DNA of 53,892 nt, from NCBI GenBank assembly GCA_046303175.1, contig JBKCGW010000455.1:1-53892 (forward strand), written 5' to 3'. Numbering within the stretch: position 1 is the stretch's first letter; every line of letters starts with the position of its first letter. Of this stretch, positions 29,513 to 37,693 are shown piece by piece. Position numbers and translations under genes: made by a program. The notes under the pieces are model-generated. The model saw only the letters and a program-made list of their open reading frames with translations. It searched no databases and was not told where the DNA came from. Origin of the DNA: Flavobacteriales bacterium. Its GTDB lineage: Bacteria > Bacteroidota > Bacteroidia > Flavobacteriales_D > Sanyastnellaceae.

Positions 29513-30004
29513 GTGGCCGAAGCGTTGCACATACCCGCCGGTGTTGATAGAGATGAAAAGTATCAACAGCTCACCGGACAATTGAAGAGTCTTCTTTCCG
29601 GAGAAAGTGACTTAGTTGCCAATGCCGCCAATTTCGCAGCGCTGGTTCACGAGGCGTTTGGCTTTCACTGGGTGGGCTTTTACTGGGTAAAGAGCGAAGA
29701 ATTGGTGTTGGGGCCGTTTCAAGGGCCCATTGCTTGTACCCGAATAGCCAAGGGAAAGGGAGTTTGCGGAACAGCTTGGATGCAACGCAAAACCATCGTT
29801 GTTCCCGATGTTGAAGCGTTTCCCGGACACATCGCCTGCAGTGCGTTATCGAAGTCTGAAATTGTGGTACCGGTTAAGAATAGTAAAGGTGAAGTGATGG
29901 GCGTTCTCGATATCGATAGTGACGTGCACAACGATTTCTCGGAGGTGGATGCCCGCTTTCTGGAAGAATGGGTAGTTATCCTGGCGGAGGCGTGCCATGT
30001 GTAA
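29513..30004 (+). CDS. GAF domain-containing protein (free methionine-R-sulfoxide reductase-like, YebR/MsrC type)
   Basis: ...NAANFAALVHEAFGFHWVGFYWVKSEELVLGPFQGPIACTRIAKGKGVCGTAW...VPDVEAFPGHIACSALSKSEIVVPV matches the small GAF/fRMsr pattern. The GTG start at 29513 gives the usual ~163 aa. The TTG at 29426 in the ORF track adds 29 unrelated residues. Confidence 0.75.
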   Translation: MAEALHIPAGVDRDEKYQQLTGQLKSLLSGESDLVANAANFAALVHEAFGFHWVGFYWVKSEELVLGPFQGPIACTRIAKGKGVCGTAWMQRKTIVVPDVEAFPGHIACSALSKSEIVVPVKNSKGEVMGVLDIDSDVHNDFSEVDARFLEEWVVILAEACHV

Positions 30005-31577
30005 AGTCAATACGAATGTTATTGCCGTGTTATGTACCCTGTTCGTCATGGGTTGCGCGCAGGTGCGCTCTATTTCGGGAGGAGAAAAAGACACGACACC
30101 TCCGGTAATAATAGGCACCGAACCGCCCACGAATACACTCTGTTTTTCTGAGAATGGATTTACACTGAGTTTTGATGAATACGTTCAGCTGCGCGATTTA
30201 CAGAAGGAGCTCCTCATATCGCCTCCGTTCGCTTCACCTCCTGAAGTGAAAGTGCGTCAGAGAAGTGTGGAGGTTTCCTGGAAAGATTCACTCAGACCCC
30301 AAACAACCTACATTTTCGGTTTTGGTAATGCCATAGCGGATGTGAATGAATCAAATATTCTCCGCGACGTTACCTATGTGTTCTCGACAGGCAATCAGCT
30401 GGACTCCCTGGAATGCGCGGGCACTGTGCGCGATGCGCTGTCAGATAAGATGATGTCCGGCACAAAGGTGTTGCTGTTCGACTCATTAAGTCATGTTTTT
30501 TCTTCTGAAGTACAGCCTGCCTACTTTGCCCGAACCGATGAAAAAGGGTTGTTCCGCTTTAAGTATTTACGCCAGGGTAGTTATGTGCTTTGCGCGTTAA
30601 GTGATGAGAATGGTAACAATCATTTTGAATTGGGTGAGTCGATAGATTGGATGGAGGGCGTGCAAGTGATGGAGGGCCAAGATTCTCTTTTTTATGCGTT
30701 GAATTTGAGCAGTCCAAACGACACGTTGGTAAGGGGTTTTGATTATAAGGTTGACTCAGCGGGAGTGGTGAAGTGGAAGGTTGAAAAATGGATGGCGGAT
30801 GTGCGCGTTCGCAGTTTGTCCGGTGACTCTATCGTGCAATGGAATACTGCAGATTCTGTTTTCGCTTCAGTTTACAAAGGCTGCTCAAAAAGGGCAGATA
30901 TCGAGGTTTCTTGCGGGGGTAGCGTGGTCGATACACTGAGGATTGAATCGTTGCGTTCGGACAATGAGCGATTTCGTTTAAAATATACTTCCTTACCGAA
31001 GTTGCGTGCGAACGATGCCATATCGGTTGAATCACCGCGTCCGATATCAGTTGTGGATTCAACGCAAATACGCTGTTATCTGGACAGCATGGAGGTTATG
31101 TGCACCGGCTTGCTTCACGATGTAGCGACTTGCAGGCTGTTGTTTGATAAGTCCCCAGGCTCGAATTGTAGGGTGTTGCTATTGCCGGGAGCTATTACCG
31201 ATGATTGTGGTGCAGTAAACGACACACTTAAGTTTTCGTTTGCAGTGCATGAGGCGAAAGAGTTGGGCTCACTTCGTTTTAAAGTTCCATCCGCGGTGAA
31301 GAATTCGCCGCATGTTTTTCAATTACTGGACCGCACGAAGCAGGTTGTTTATGAAAAGAAGCGGGTATCAGAAACGGAGTGGGAGATTGATCAGTTAGTG
31401 CCCGGTGACTACACAGCGGTTTTGCTGGAAGACAGCAACGGTAATGGTCATTTTGATCCTATGATAATTAACCCAATGCAGAGGACCGAGCGGAATCACC
31501 AGTATCAAGGTAACATTCAGGTGCGAGCAAATTGGGAGGTCGTAATCGACTGGCCGGCGTGGAATGAGTTCGATTAG
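29997..31577 (+). CDS. Ig-like domain-containing lipoprotein (function unknown)
   Basis: 526 aa. Lipoprotein signal MCKVNTNVIAVLCTLFVMGCAQ. The ATG overlaps the upstream stop by 8 nt. I see no catalytic motif. Confidence 0.65.
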   Translation: MCKVNTNVIAVLCTLFVMGCAQVRSISGGEKDTTPPVIIGTEPPTNTLCFSENGFTLSFDEYVQLRDLQKELLISPPFASPPEVKVRQRSVEVSWKDSLRPQTTYIFGFGNAIADVNESNILRDVTYVFSTGNQLDSLECAGTVRDALSDKMMSGTKVLLFDSLSHVFSSEVQPAYFARTDEKGLFRFKYLRQGSYVLCALSDENGNNHFELGESIDWMEGVQVMEGQDSLFYALNLSSPNDTLVRGFDYKVDSAGVVKWKVEKWMADVRVRSLSGDSIVQWNTADSVFASVYKGCSKRADIEVSCGGSVVDTLRIESLRSDNERFRLKYTSLPKLRANDAISVESPRPISVVDSTQIRCYLDSMEVMCTGLLHDVATCRLLFDKSPGSNCRVLLLPGAITDDCGAVNDTLKFSFAVHEAKELGSLRFKVPSAVKNSPHVFQLLDRTKQVVYEKKRVSETEWEIDQLVPGDYTAVLLEDSNGNGHFDPMIINPMQRTERNHQYQGNIQVRANWEVVIDWPAWNEFD

Positions 31578-32425
31578 AACTGGAAGTAGGTTCGCTTCTT
31601 GTTTTTGAGTTTGCCTTTGTCGGCACATACGCGTTTGTGGTTGTGCTGCGCATCGCGATCGCCGAGTTGCGAGCTTTCGTTCCAATCACTGCAGGCACCA
31701 TCCAAGTCGTGCATGTAGTAAAGTACTTCACCGCGGTAATAGAGTACCTCCGAAATGAAGTCGATGTTTTCGAGACGTAATTCTGAAAGTAATTCCAGGG
31801 CATGTTCATACTGACCCATGCCAATAAGCAACACAGCCATGTGAAATTTAGCACGCATCAAGCGGGGGTTGTATGCTAGTGCGCTTTGAAAATCTTCAAG
31901 CGCGAGATTGGTTTTGTTCAATTCGGCCATATTGGCGGCTCGCAAATAATACGCATCTGCATAGGCCGTGTCAATTGCAAGCGCTTCATCGAGGTAGCGC
32001 AGGCTCGATTTGTTTTCCATGTTCATGTACTCGATGGTAGCTAGCCAATAGTACGAGCGTGCATCATCGGAGTGATACTCGAGAAAGTGCATCAAATCGA
32101 TTCGCGCTGATTCATACATCATTAATGAGACCTTACAAATTCCGCGATGCAGATAGAGCTCATCGTTGCTGTATCCGTTAATGCGGGCGCGATCATAATC
32201 GTCGAGTGCTTCTGTGAAGTGTCCCAATTTGTGGTGGGCATTTGCGCGGCAGTAATAAGCACTTGGCGCATCGTCACCACCGATGGCTACGGCTGCTGCG
32301 GCAATTGCCTGGTCGTATCGACCCGATTCGTAGTGCTGTTCAGCAATCTGCAAAGGTGTTTGAGCGTAAGTTATTACGGAACACCACAAGCAGCAAGTGA
32401 GCATAATATGACGCAACGTGAGCAT
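31574..32425 (-). CDS. tetratricopeptide repeat protein (secreted)
   Basis: 283 aa. Signal peptide ...CCLWCSVITYAQ, followed by repeated A..Y/A..A 34-residue TPR-like units. Confidence 0.7.
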   Translation of the reverse strand: MLTLRHIMLTCCLWCSVITYAQTPLQIAEQHYESGRYDQAIAAAAVAIGGDDAPSAYYCRANAHHKLGHFTEALDDYDRARINGYSNDELYLHRGICKVSLMMYESARIDLMHFLEYHSDDARSYYWLATIEYMNMENKSSLRYLDEALAIDTAYADAYYLRAANMAELNKTNLALEDFQSALAYNPRLMRAKFHMAVLLIGMGQYEHALELLSELRLENIDFISEVLYYRGEVLYYMHDLDGACSDWNESSQLGDRDAQHNHKRVCADKGKLKNKKRTYFQF

Positions 32426-32464
32426 GAATGCGTGGGTATACGAGGAAACCTTGTGGAAGGGTTA

Positions 32465-32487
32465 CAAAAAAGCCGCCCGAGGGCGGC
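32465..32487 (-). terminator. rho-independent terminator
   Basis: On the minus strand GCCGCCCTCGGGCGGC is followed by TTTTTTG, just after the stop at 32494. Confidence 0.8.
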
Positions 32488-32493
32488 TTTCTG

Positions 32494-34113
32494 TTATATC
32501 TGCTTGATTTTTATTTTCTGTCCAACGGCGAGCTTGTTTTCTTTCAGCCCTTTGTTGAGGTGTTTGATGTCATTCACCGAAACACCTTTGGCGTTTGCTA
32601 TTTTCGTTAGTGTATCACCTTTTTGAATCGTGTAGTATTTGTATTTAGCGGGTTCTGCTTTCGCAGCAGTTGTTTTAGGGGTAGTTTCAGCTACCGCCTT
32701 TGTTGGCTGCTTCTCGGTCGATTGCTGATAGTTTTCCTCTTCCCCTGATTCGCTGTTGGTTGCAACAGGCTCATTGGGTTTGGCGGTGGCATCGGGAGAT
32801 GTCTTTTCTTCGTAAATCACCTTTTTTGTTTTGGTTTGAACCTTCAGGTTCTGACCCGGAACAATGCGAGAGTTCTTGATTTTATTCCACTTTCGGAGGT
32901 CGGCCAAGCTTACGTTGTATTTATCCGAGATAGACCCCAGCGACTCTCCTTTCTTCACCTTATGCGATTTCCAAGTGGTTTCCCAAACTACTTTACCCGC
33001 TTGTCCTTCCGGTGCGTTTTGTGTGCTCGCCACTAATTCCGGCTCAGCAATTTTTATTTCACTCTGGCCATAAACCAACTCTTCATTGGCCATGAATAAC
33101 CCTACTTTGGAAACCGGCAGAATCAGGTAATGTTTATGTCCGTTGGCCGGTACTTCTTTCAGCTTGTAGGTTCCGTTGAGGAAAGCGATGTTCTCAACAG
33201 GCATATCGATGATTTTCGACAGAGCCTGAAAATCAATGCGCTTGGAAACGCCGATAGTATCGGTTTCAAAGAAGGTAATCGGAGGCTTTGCCGGATAGAT
33301 ATTGTATTCAGCGGCGTAGCTCATCACATAGTTAACCGCTATGAATGCTGGAACGTAGCCTTGGGTTTCTTTTGGAAGGAATGATTTGATTGCCCAGAAG
33401 TCGCGCTTGCCGCCTGCTCTGCGAATGGCCTTATTTACATTGCCGGGACCGCTGTTGTAGGCTGCCAAGGCCAATTGCCAATCACCAAATGTTTTGTAAA
33501 GCGACTTCAGGTAGCGGCATGCTGCATCGGTGGACTTATACGGATCGAAACGCTCGTCTTGATAGCTGGTAACGTCCAATCCATACATTTTACCGGTTCC
33601 CACCATGAATTGCCACAAACCTCCGGCACCAGCTCGTGAAATAGCCACAGGATTCAGGGCGGATTCAACAATGGCCAGGTATTTCATTTCAAGCGGAATG
33701 TCGTATTTGGCTAAGTATTCTTCGAACATAGGGAAATACAACTCTGACATTCCAAGGACTTTTTTAGAGATGTCTCTTCGGCGGACGGCGTAGAGATCGA
33801 TAAAGCCCTGCACGGTGTTGTTGTACACCAAATTAAAAGGAGTGTTTCTGTCGAGAACGGCCATTCGGGCTGCCACTACATCAGGGGTGAAAGAAGGAAC
33901 GGCTTCGGGTGAATATCCGAAAGCATTCAAGAGGCATTCATCAGAACTGAAGCAATAATGATTGAGATATCCTGCTACCAGGATGTTGTCTATTTCAGCT
34001 AACTCGGGATTGTCGGGACGAATGGCAAGCGGCGGTATCGTATCGCTAACCGGCATTGCTGCGCCTGCAAGCGAAGCAGCAAAAAACAAAACAAAGAGTG
34101 CGTATTTATTCAT
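32494..34113 (-). CDS. lytic transglycosylase (SLT domain) with C-terminal LysM repeats, MltD-like
   Basis: 539 aa. SLT catalytic region YLAIVESALNPVAISRAGAGGLWQFM. There are two LysM-like units (HKVKKGESLGSISDKYNVSLADLRKWN; YYTIQKGDTLTKIANAKGVSVNDIKHLN). Confidence 0.85.
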   Translation of the reverse strand: MNKYALFVLFFAASLAGAAMPVSDTIPPLAIRPDNPELAEIDNILVAGYLNHYCFSSDECLLNAFGYSPEAVPSFTPDVVAARMAVLDRNTPFNLVYNNTVQGFIDLYAVRRRDISKKVLGMSELYFPMFEEYLAKYDIPLEMKYLAIVESALNPVAISRAGAGGLWQFMVGTGKMYGLDVTSYQDERFDPYKSTDAACRYLKSLYKTFGDWQLALAAYNSGPGNVNKAIRRAGGKRDFWAIKSFLPKETQGYVPAFIAVNYVMSYAAEYNIYPAKPPITFFETDTIGVSKRIDFQALSKIIDMPVENIAFLNGTYKLKEVPANGHKHYLILPVSKVGLFMANEELVYGQSEIKIAEPELVASTQNAPEGQAGKVVWETTWKSHKVKKGESLGSISDKYNVSLADLRKWNKIKNSRIVPGQNLKVQTKTKKVIYEEKTSPDATAKPNEPVATNSESGEEENYQQSTEKQPTKAVAETTPKTTAAKAEPAKYKYYTIQKGDTLTKIANAKGVSVNDIKHLNKGLKENKLAVGQKIKIKQI

Positions 34114-34177
34114 GATTTCCCGATTTATAGTTTTTCAGAAGAGACACTATTCCTTTTGGTGGAAGGTCCGCTTCATT

Positions 34178-34185
34178 CAAACATA
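34178..34185 (-). promoter_or_regulatory. candidate -7 promoter box (TATGTTTG)
   Basis: Exact TAnnTTTG match on the minus strand, 65 nt upstream of the ATG at 34113. Confidence 0.35.
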
Positions 34186-34298
34186 ATTAAAGAGCACAAA
34201 TTGTGGAGGATAATTGAAAATCCGACACTGACTGCTCTAGGTTATCAACAGCTCTCTGCGTATTGGAGAACTGCATCACGACTTCTACGCCGCTAACC

Positions 34299-34475
34299 TT
34301 ACTTGGTTTCGGTTTTTTCCGGAGTGGTCTCAGAGCCGTCGCCTTTGCTGGCGTCTTTGAACTCTTTCACTCCGCGTCCGAGTCCACGCATCAACTCCGG
34401 AATTTTTTTACCACCAAAAAACAGGAGCACAACAGCTAGTATTAGTACGATTTCAGTAACACCAAATTTTCCCAT
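34299..34475 (-). CDS. tatA: twin-arginine translocase TatA/TatE family subunit
   Basis: Hand translation of the minus strand gives [58 protein letters not shown] (58 aa, TAA stop). It has the TM helix, the FGxxKIPELxRxLGxGxxEFK hinge, and the amphipathic helix of TatA. It is absent from the ORF track because it is under 60 aa. Confidence 0.9.
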   Translation of the reverse strand: MGKFGVTEIVLILAVVLLFFGGKKIPELMRGLGRGVKEFKDASKGDGSETTPEKTETK

Positions 34476-34506
34476 GTCGATTGATTTTTTTCCCTAGTTG
34501 GGGCGT

Positions 34507-34514
34507 CAAATATA
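34507..34514 (-). promoter_or_regulatory. candidate -7 promoter box (TATATTTG)
   Basis: Exact TAnnTTTG match on the minus strand, 32 nt upstream of the tatA ATG. Confidence 0.4.
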
Positions 34515-34537
34515 CACACGTGCTTGCTACTTCGCTG

Positions 34538-35389
34538 TTATTGTGAAACGATAACGTTATCGATGAGGCGAATTTCCCCTACAAAAGCAGCAACCAGCAA
34601 TACACAATCCTCCTCCGTCCAATGAGTAGGTATATCGAATCGGGCGGCATTCACCAGGGCGCAGTACTCCAAACGCAACCCTTCAACTGACTTCAGTTGG
34701 TTTGTTGCCCATTCTTCTAATTCTTTTGGATGCACAGAACGCCCCATGCCGGCTGCAGCGAGGAGTACGCGGCTGATATTCAGCGCGATATTGTGTTGTT
34801 GTGGTGTAAGTCGCGCATTTCGGCTACTCATAGCCAATCCGGAAGCTTCGCGTACGGTTGGACAAGCCACTACTTGAACGGGAAGCTTTTCTTCCAAGGT
34901 CATTTTCTGAATAAGTGCCAGCTGTTGGAAGTCCTTTTCCCCAAAGAATGCTTTGTCGGGAGCCACTGCGAGAAACAGCTTCTTGACGATGGTCAGAACC
35001 CCGTCGAAATGCCCGGGCCTGAAATGGCCCTCCAGACTTGTGCTCAGCAGCCCGAAATCCCAATGAGTTGTTTTTTCACTTTCGAGATACATTTCCGAAA
35101 TAGCCGGACAAAAAACAGCATGGCAGTCGGACTGTTTCAGTAATTCAATGTCGTTGGCCAGCGTGCGTGGGTATTTGAGCAGGTCATCGGCATTGTTGAA
35201 CTGAGTGGGGTTGACGAAAATCGAAACAACCACTCGGTCACAATCCAGCAATGCACGTTTGACTAAGGATTGATGACCGGCGTGCAACGCCCCCATCGTA
35301 GGTACAAAGCCAACGGTTAACCCGAGAGCCCGTTGAGAAATCACCCAACTGTGAATTTGGTTAATATGTTCGAATACAGCGAGTGACAC
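34538..35389 (-). CDS. panC: pantoate--beta-alanine ligase
   Basis: GFVPTMGALHAGHQSLV (HIGH-like motif) and overall PanC layout. The ORF extends to 35482, but a GTG at 35389 gives the usual ~29 residues before PTMG and leaves room for the divergent promoter boxes. Confidence 0.85.
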   Translation of the reverse strand: MSLAVFEHINQIHSWVISQRALGLTVGFVPTMGALHAGHQSLVKRALLDCDRVVVSIFVNPTQFNNADDLLKYPRTLANDIELLKQSDCHAVFCPAISEMYLESEKTTHWDFGLLSTSLEGHFRPGHFDGVLTIVKKLFLAVAPDKAFFGEKDFQQLALIQKMTLEEKLPVQVVACPTVREASGLAMSSRNARLTPQQHNIALNISRVLLAAAGMGRSVHPKELEEWATNQLKSVEGLRLEYCALVNAARFDIPTHWTEEDCVLLVAAFVGEIRLIDNVIVSQ

Positions 35390-35414
35390 GGTTTTATCAA
35401 AAAATGTGAGGTGC

Positions 35415-35422
35415 CAAATGTA
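35415..35422 (-). promoter_or_regulatory. candidate -7 promoter box (TACATTTG) for panC
   Basis: Exact TAnnTTTG match on the minus strand, 26 nt upstream of GTG 35389. Confidence 0.4.
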
Positions 35423-35454
35423 ATTCTTTGGAATATCTGAGGAAATTTTGTTAC

Positions 35455-35462
35455 TATCTTTG
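35455..35462 (+). promoter_or_regulatory. candidate -7 promoter box (TATCTTTG)
   Basis: Exact TAnnTTTG match, 30 nt upstream of ATG 35492. Confidence 0.4.
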
Positions 35463-35491
35463 CAAACGCTTACGGCAACCATAATTACAGC

Positions 35492-36322
35492 ATGAGTAAC
35501 AAAACAAAGATTTTATACGTCTCTCAGGAAATCCTTCCCTTTACACCGGAAACCCCTATAGCTCAGCAGAGTCGCTCACTTCCACAAGCCGTCCACGAGG
35601 GCGGAAAAGAAACCCGGATTTTTATGCCCCGGTATGGTAAAATCAACGAGCGCCGTCATCAATTGCATGAAGTGATTCGTTTGAGCGGGATGAATTTGAT
35701 TATTGACGATACAGACCACCCTTTGATTATCAAGGTGGCAAGTATCCCGCAAATCAGATTGCAGGTGTATTTCATTGACAACCAAGAGTTTTTTCATCGC
35801 AAGGCGTTTTTCCAAGACGAGGATAACAACATGTTTCCCGACAACGACATGCGCATGATTTTCTTTACGAAGGGAGTTCTTGAGACTGTTAAAAAACTAG
35901 GATGGGCTCCCGATGTCATCCACTGCCACGGTTGGTTCACATCTCTTATGCCGCTGTATGTTAAGCAATTGTACAAGCGCGACCCTCATTTTGCCGACAC
36001 CAAGGTAGTTACTTCGGTGTATGCAGATTCTTTTGACGGGAAGCTTGATAGTAAGATTGCTCAAAAGATTTCTTTCGACGGAATCGGGTTGGATCAGATG
36101 GAAAATTTGAAGAATCCGACTTACGAAAACCTCACAAAGTTGGCCCTTCAACATTCGGATGGTGCCATCATGGCTGAGCCGGGCACATTACCTTCGCTCG
36201 AGACGTATTGCAACAGCATCGATTTGCCGATGGTGAAGCCTTACAATGAATTGGATCAGCTAAGTGCTACCGATGAATTCTATGATTCTATTGTGTTGGG
36301 AAAGACAGAGCTCGTTGATTAA
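35492..36322 (+). CDS. glycogen/starch synthase-like protein (N-terminal GT5-type half only)
   Basis: 276 aa. KILYVSQEILPF...RIFMPRYG...DVIHCHGWFTSLMPLY resembles the N-terminal domain of GlgA-type synthases. No C-terminal GT1 half follows. Confidence 0.7.
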   Translation: MSNKTKILYVSQEILPFTPETPIAQQSRSLPQAVHEGGKETRIFMPRYGKINERRHQLHEVIRLSGMNLIIDDTDHPLIIKVASIPQIRLQVYFIDNQEFFHRKAFFQDEDNNMFPDNDMRMIFFTKGVLETVKKLGWAPDVIHCHGWFTSLMPLYVKQLYKRDPHFADTKVVTSVYADSFDGKLDSKIAQKISFDGIGLDQMENLKNPTYENLTKLALQHSDGAIMAEPGTLPSLETYCNSIDLPMVKPYNELDQLSATDEFYDSIVLGKTELVD

Positions 36323-36365
36323 GCAGAATTACCATCCCCTTTATAGTATTGAAAGCCTCAAGCAA

Positions 36366-37649
36366 TTGGGGCTTTTTCTCGTTTTCTCACTCTTTGTTTT
36401 TGCGGGTTGTACACGTCCCGATGAGAGTTTGGGGGAGAGCATACAGCCGGGGGACGATTTGTTGTTTGCGGCAGTCACCGACTCCTTTCAGCTTGAAATG
36501 GGGACTGAGCGCGTCGATTCCCTTCGTACCGATTTATTTGCCAATATACTGGTGGGCAACTACGTCGATGAACAGTTTGGTTCAGTGAAATGCAGAGGGG
36601 TGATGCAGTTTGCACCTGATGCATCGGCCGACACATTGCCGGCTAACCCGGAAGTATTTGCAGTTGATTTGAAACTTGCCTATCAGCCGGAGGCCTACGG
36701 CAACAATGCCCCGATGTATTTTCAGGTGCAGCGATTGATGGAGCCTATCTACCTGGATTCGGCGTATTACAACAACGACTTGCCCCAACGAGAATTGCAA
36801 AATCTGGTACTGAGCGGACAGGAAACACAACTAACGCGATCGGAATACGCTTCTGCCCTTTCAACAGGATCTATCGAATATTTAACCCTAAAGCTTGAGC
36901 CAACGCTTGGACAATATCTCTTGGCTCAAGATACGGCGCTCACCGACTTCGATTCGTTTGCCAATTACTTCCATGGTTTGGTAATTAGCGCCAGTACAAT
37001 GGACGGCAGAGTGGTGAGTTTCGCAACCATCAACTCCTCAATCACGGTGTATTATCGCTATCCGGGAGATAATCGAATGAACATTGGTTCTTACACTTTT
37101 AAATACACGTCGTCGTGTGAAGCATATTCGGTTGTTGAACATCAGTACTTCGGAAGCGAGTTGCAATCATTATCGGCTGCTGCACCATTGCAGAGCCAGC
37201 AGGTTGCTTATTTGCAAGGTGGTGGCGGCACCCGAGTGCGTGTGAATTTGGCCGATGTGCATTGGATGAGAGATTTGCCGGGGGCTGCAATTATCAACAA
37301 GGCAGAACTGGTGGTGCCTTATGATACAGAAACCCGCTTTGATGAATTGGATAGTGTGAACGTGGTGTACGAGAAATTACCTGATGTGTATGCCCTTACA
37401 GCTGATTATGGCCGCAATGCAGGGGGGAACTTTCGCAAGGAGCCGGGCTATTATCGATTTAACGTCACCACGCATGTGCAGAGCATTCTAGCCGGCGAAA
37501 TTGAAAGTACGGAATTACTAATGGTAGCAAGCCCGCGTGTGGCGGGGGCTTATAATTCGCTTGGAATACGGAGGTCGCTTTTGCGTGGGCCTTCGTACAA
37601 TGAGGATAAAACGCGAAATGCGCGACTTGTTATCACATACAGTTATTAG
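36366..37649 (+). CDS. DUF4270-like lipoprotein
   Basis: Lipoprotein signal ...LGLFLVFSLFVFAGC. The start is uncertain: TTG 36366, ATT 36348, or GTG 36264 as in the ORF track. The position between the glycogen-synthase-like gene and glmS is the arrangement I recall for DUF4270 genes in Bacteroidota. Confidence 0.6.
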   Translation: MGLFLVFSLFVFAGCTRPDESLGESIQPGDDLLFAAVTDSFQLEMGTERVDSLRTDLFANILVGNYVDEQFGSVKCRGVMQFAPDASADTLPANPEVFAVDLKLAYQPEAYGNNAPMYFQVQRLMEPIYLDSAYYNNDLPQRELQNLVLSGQETQLTRSEYASALSTGSIEYLTLKLEPTLGQYLLAQDTALTDFDSFANYFHGLVISASTMDGRVVSFATINSSITVYYRYPGDNRMNIGSYTFKYTSSCEAYSVVEHQYFGSELQSLSAAAPLQSQQVAYLQGGGGTRVRVNLADVHWMRDLPGAAIINKAELVVPYDTETRFDELDSVNVVYEKLPDVYALTADYGRNAGGNFRKEPGYYRFNVTTHVQSILAGEIESTELLMVASPRVAGAYNSLGIRRSLLRGPSYNEDKTRNARLVITYSY

Positions 37650-37661
37650 TAGTTAATTCAT

Positions 37662-37669
37662 CTACCTTT
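37662..37669 (+). promoter_or_regulatory. candidate -7 promoter box (TACCTTTG) for glmS
   Basis: Exact TAnnTTTG match, 25 nt upstream of ATG 37694. Confidence 0.4.
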
Positions 37670-37693
37670 GTTAGGACTTATACCTTATCAACC

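Noticed and set aside
34303-34497. 64 aa + strand ORF from the track
   Set aside because: It covers the same DNA as the hand-translated tatA on the opposite strand. tatA has a full family signature and a promoter box. This ORF has neither.
37650-37693. glmS ribozyme upstream of glmS
   Set aside because: The intergenic spacer is only 44 nt and holds a promoter box, which is far too short for the ribozyme.
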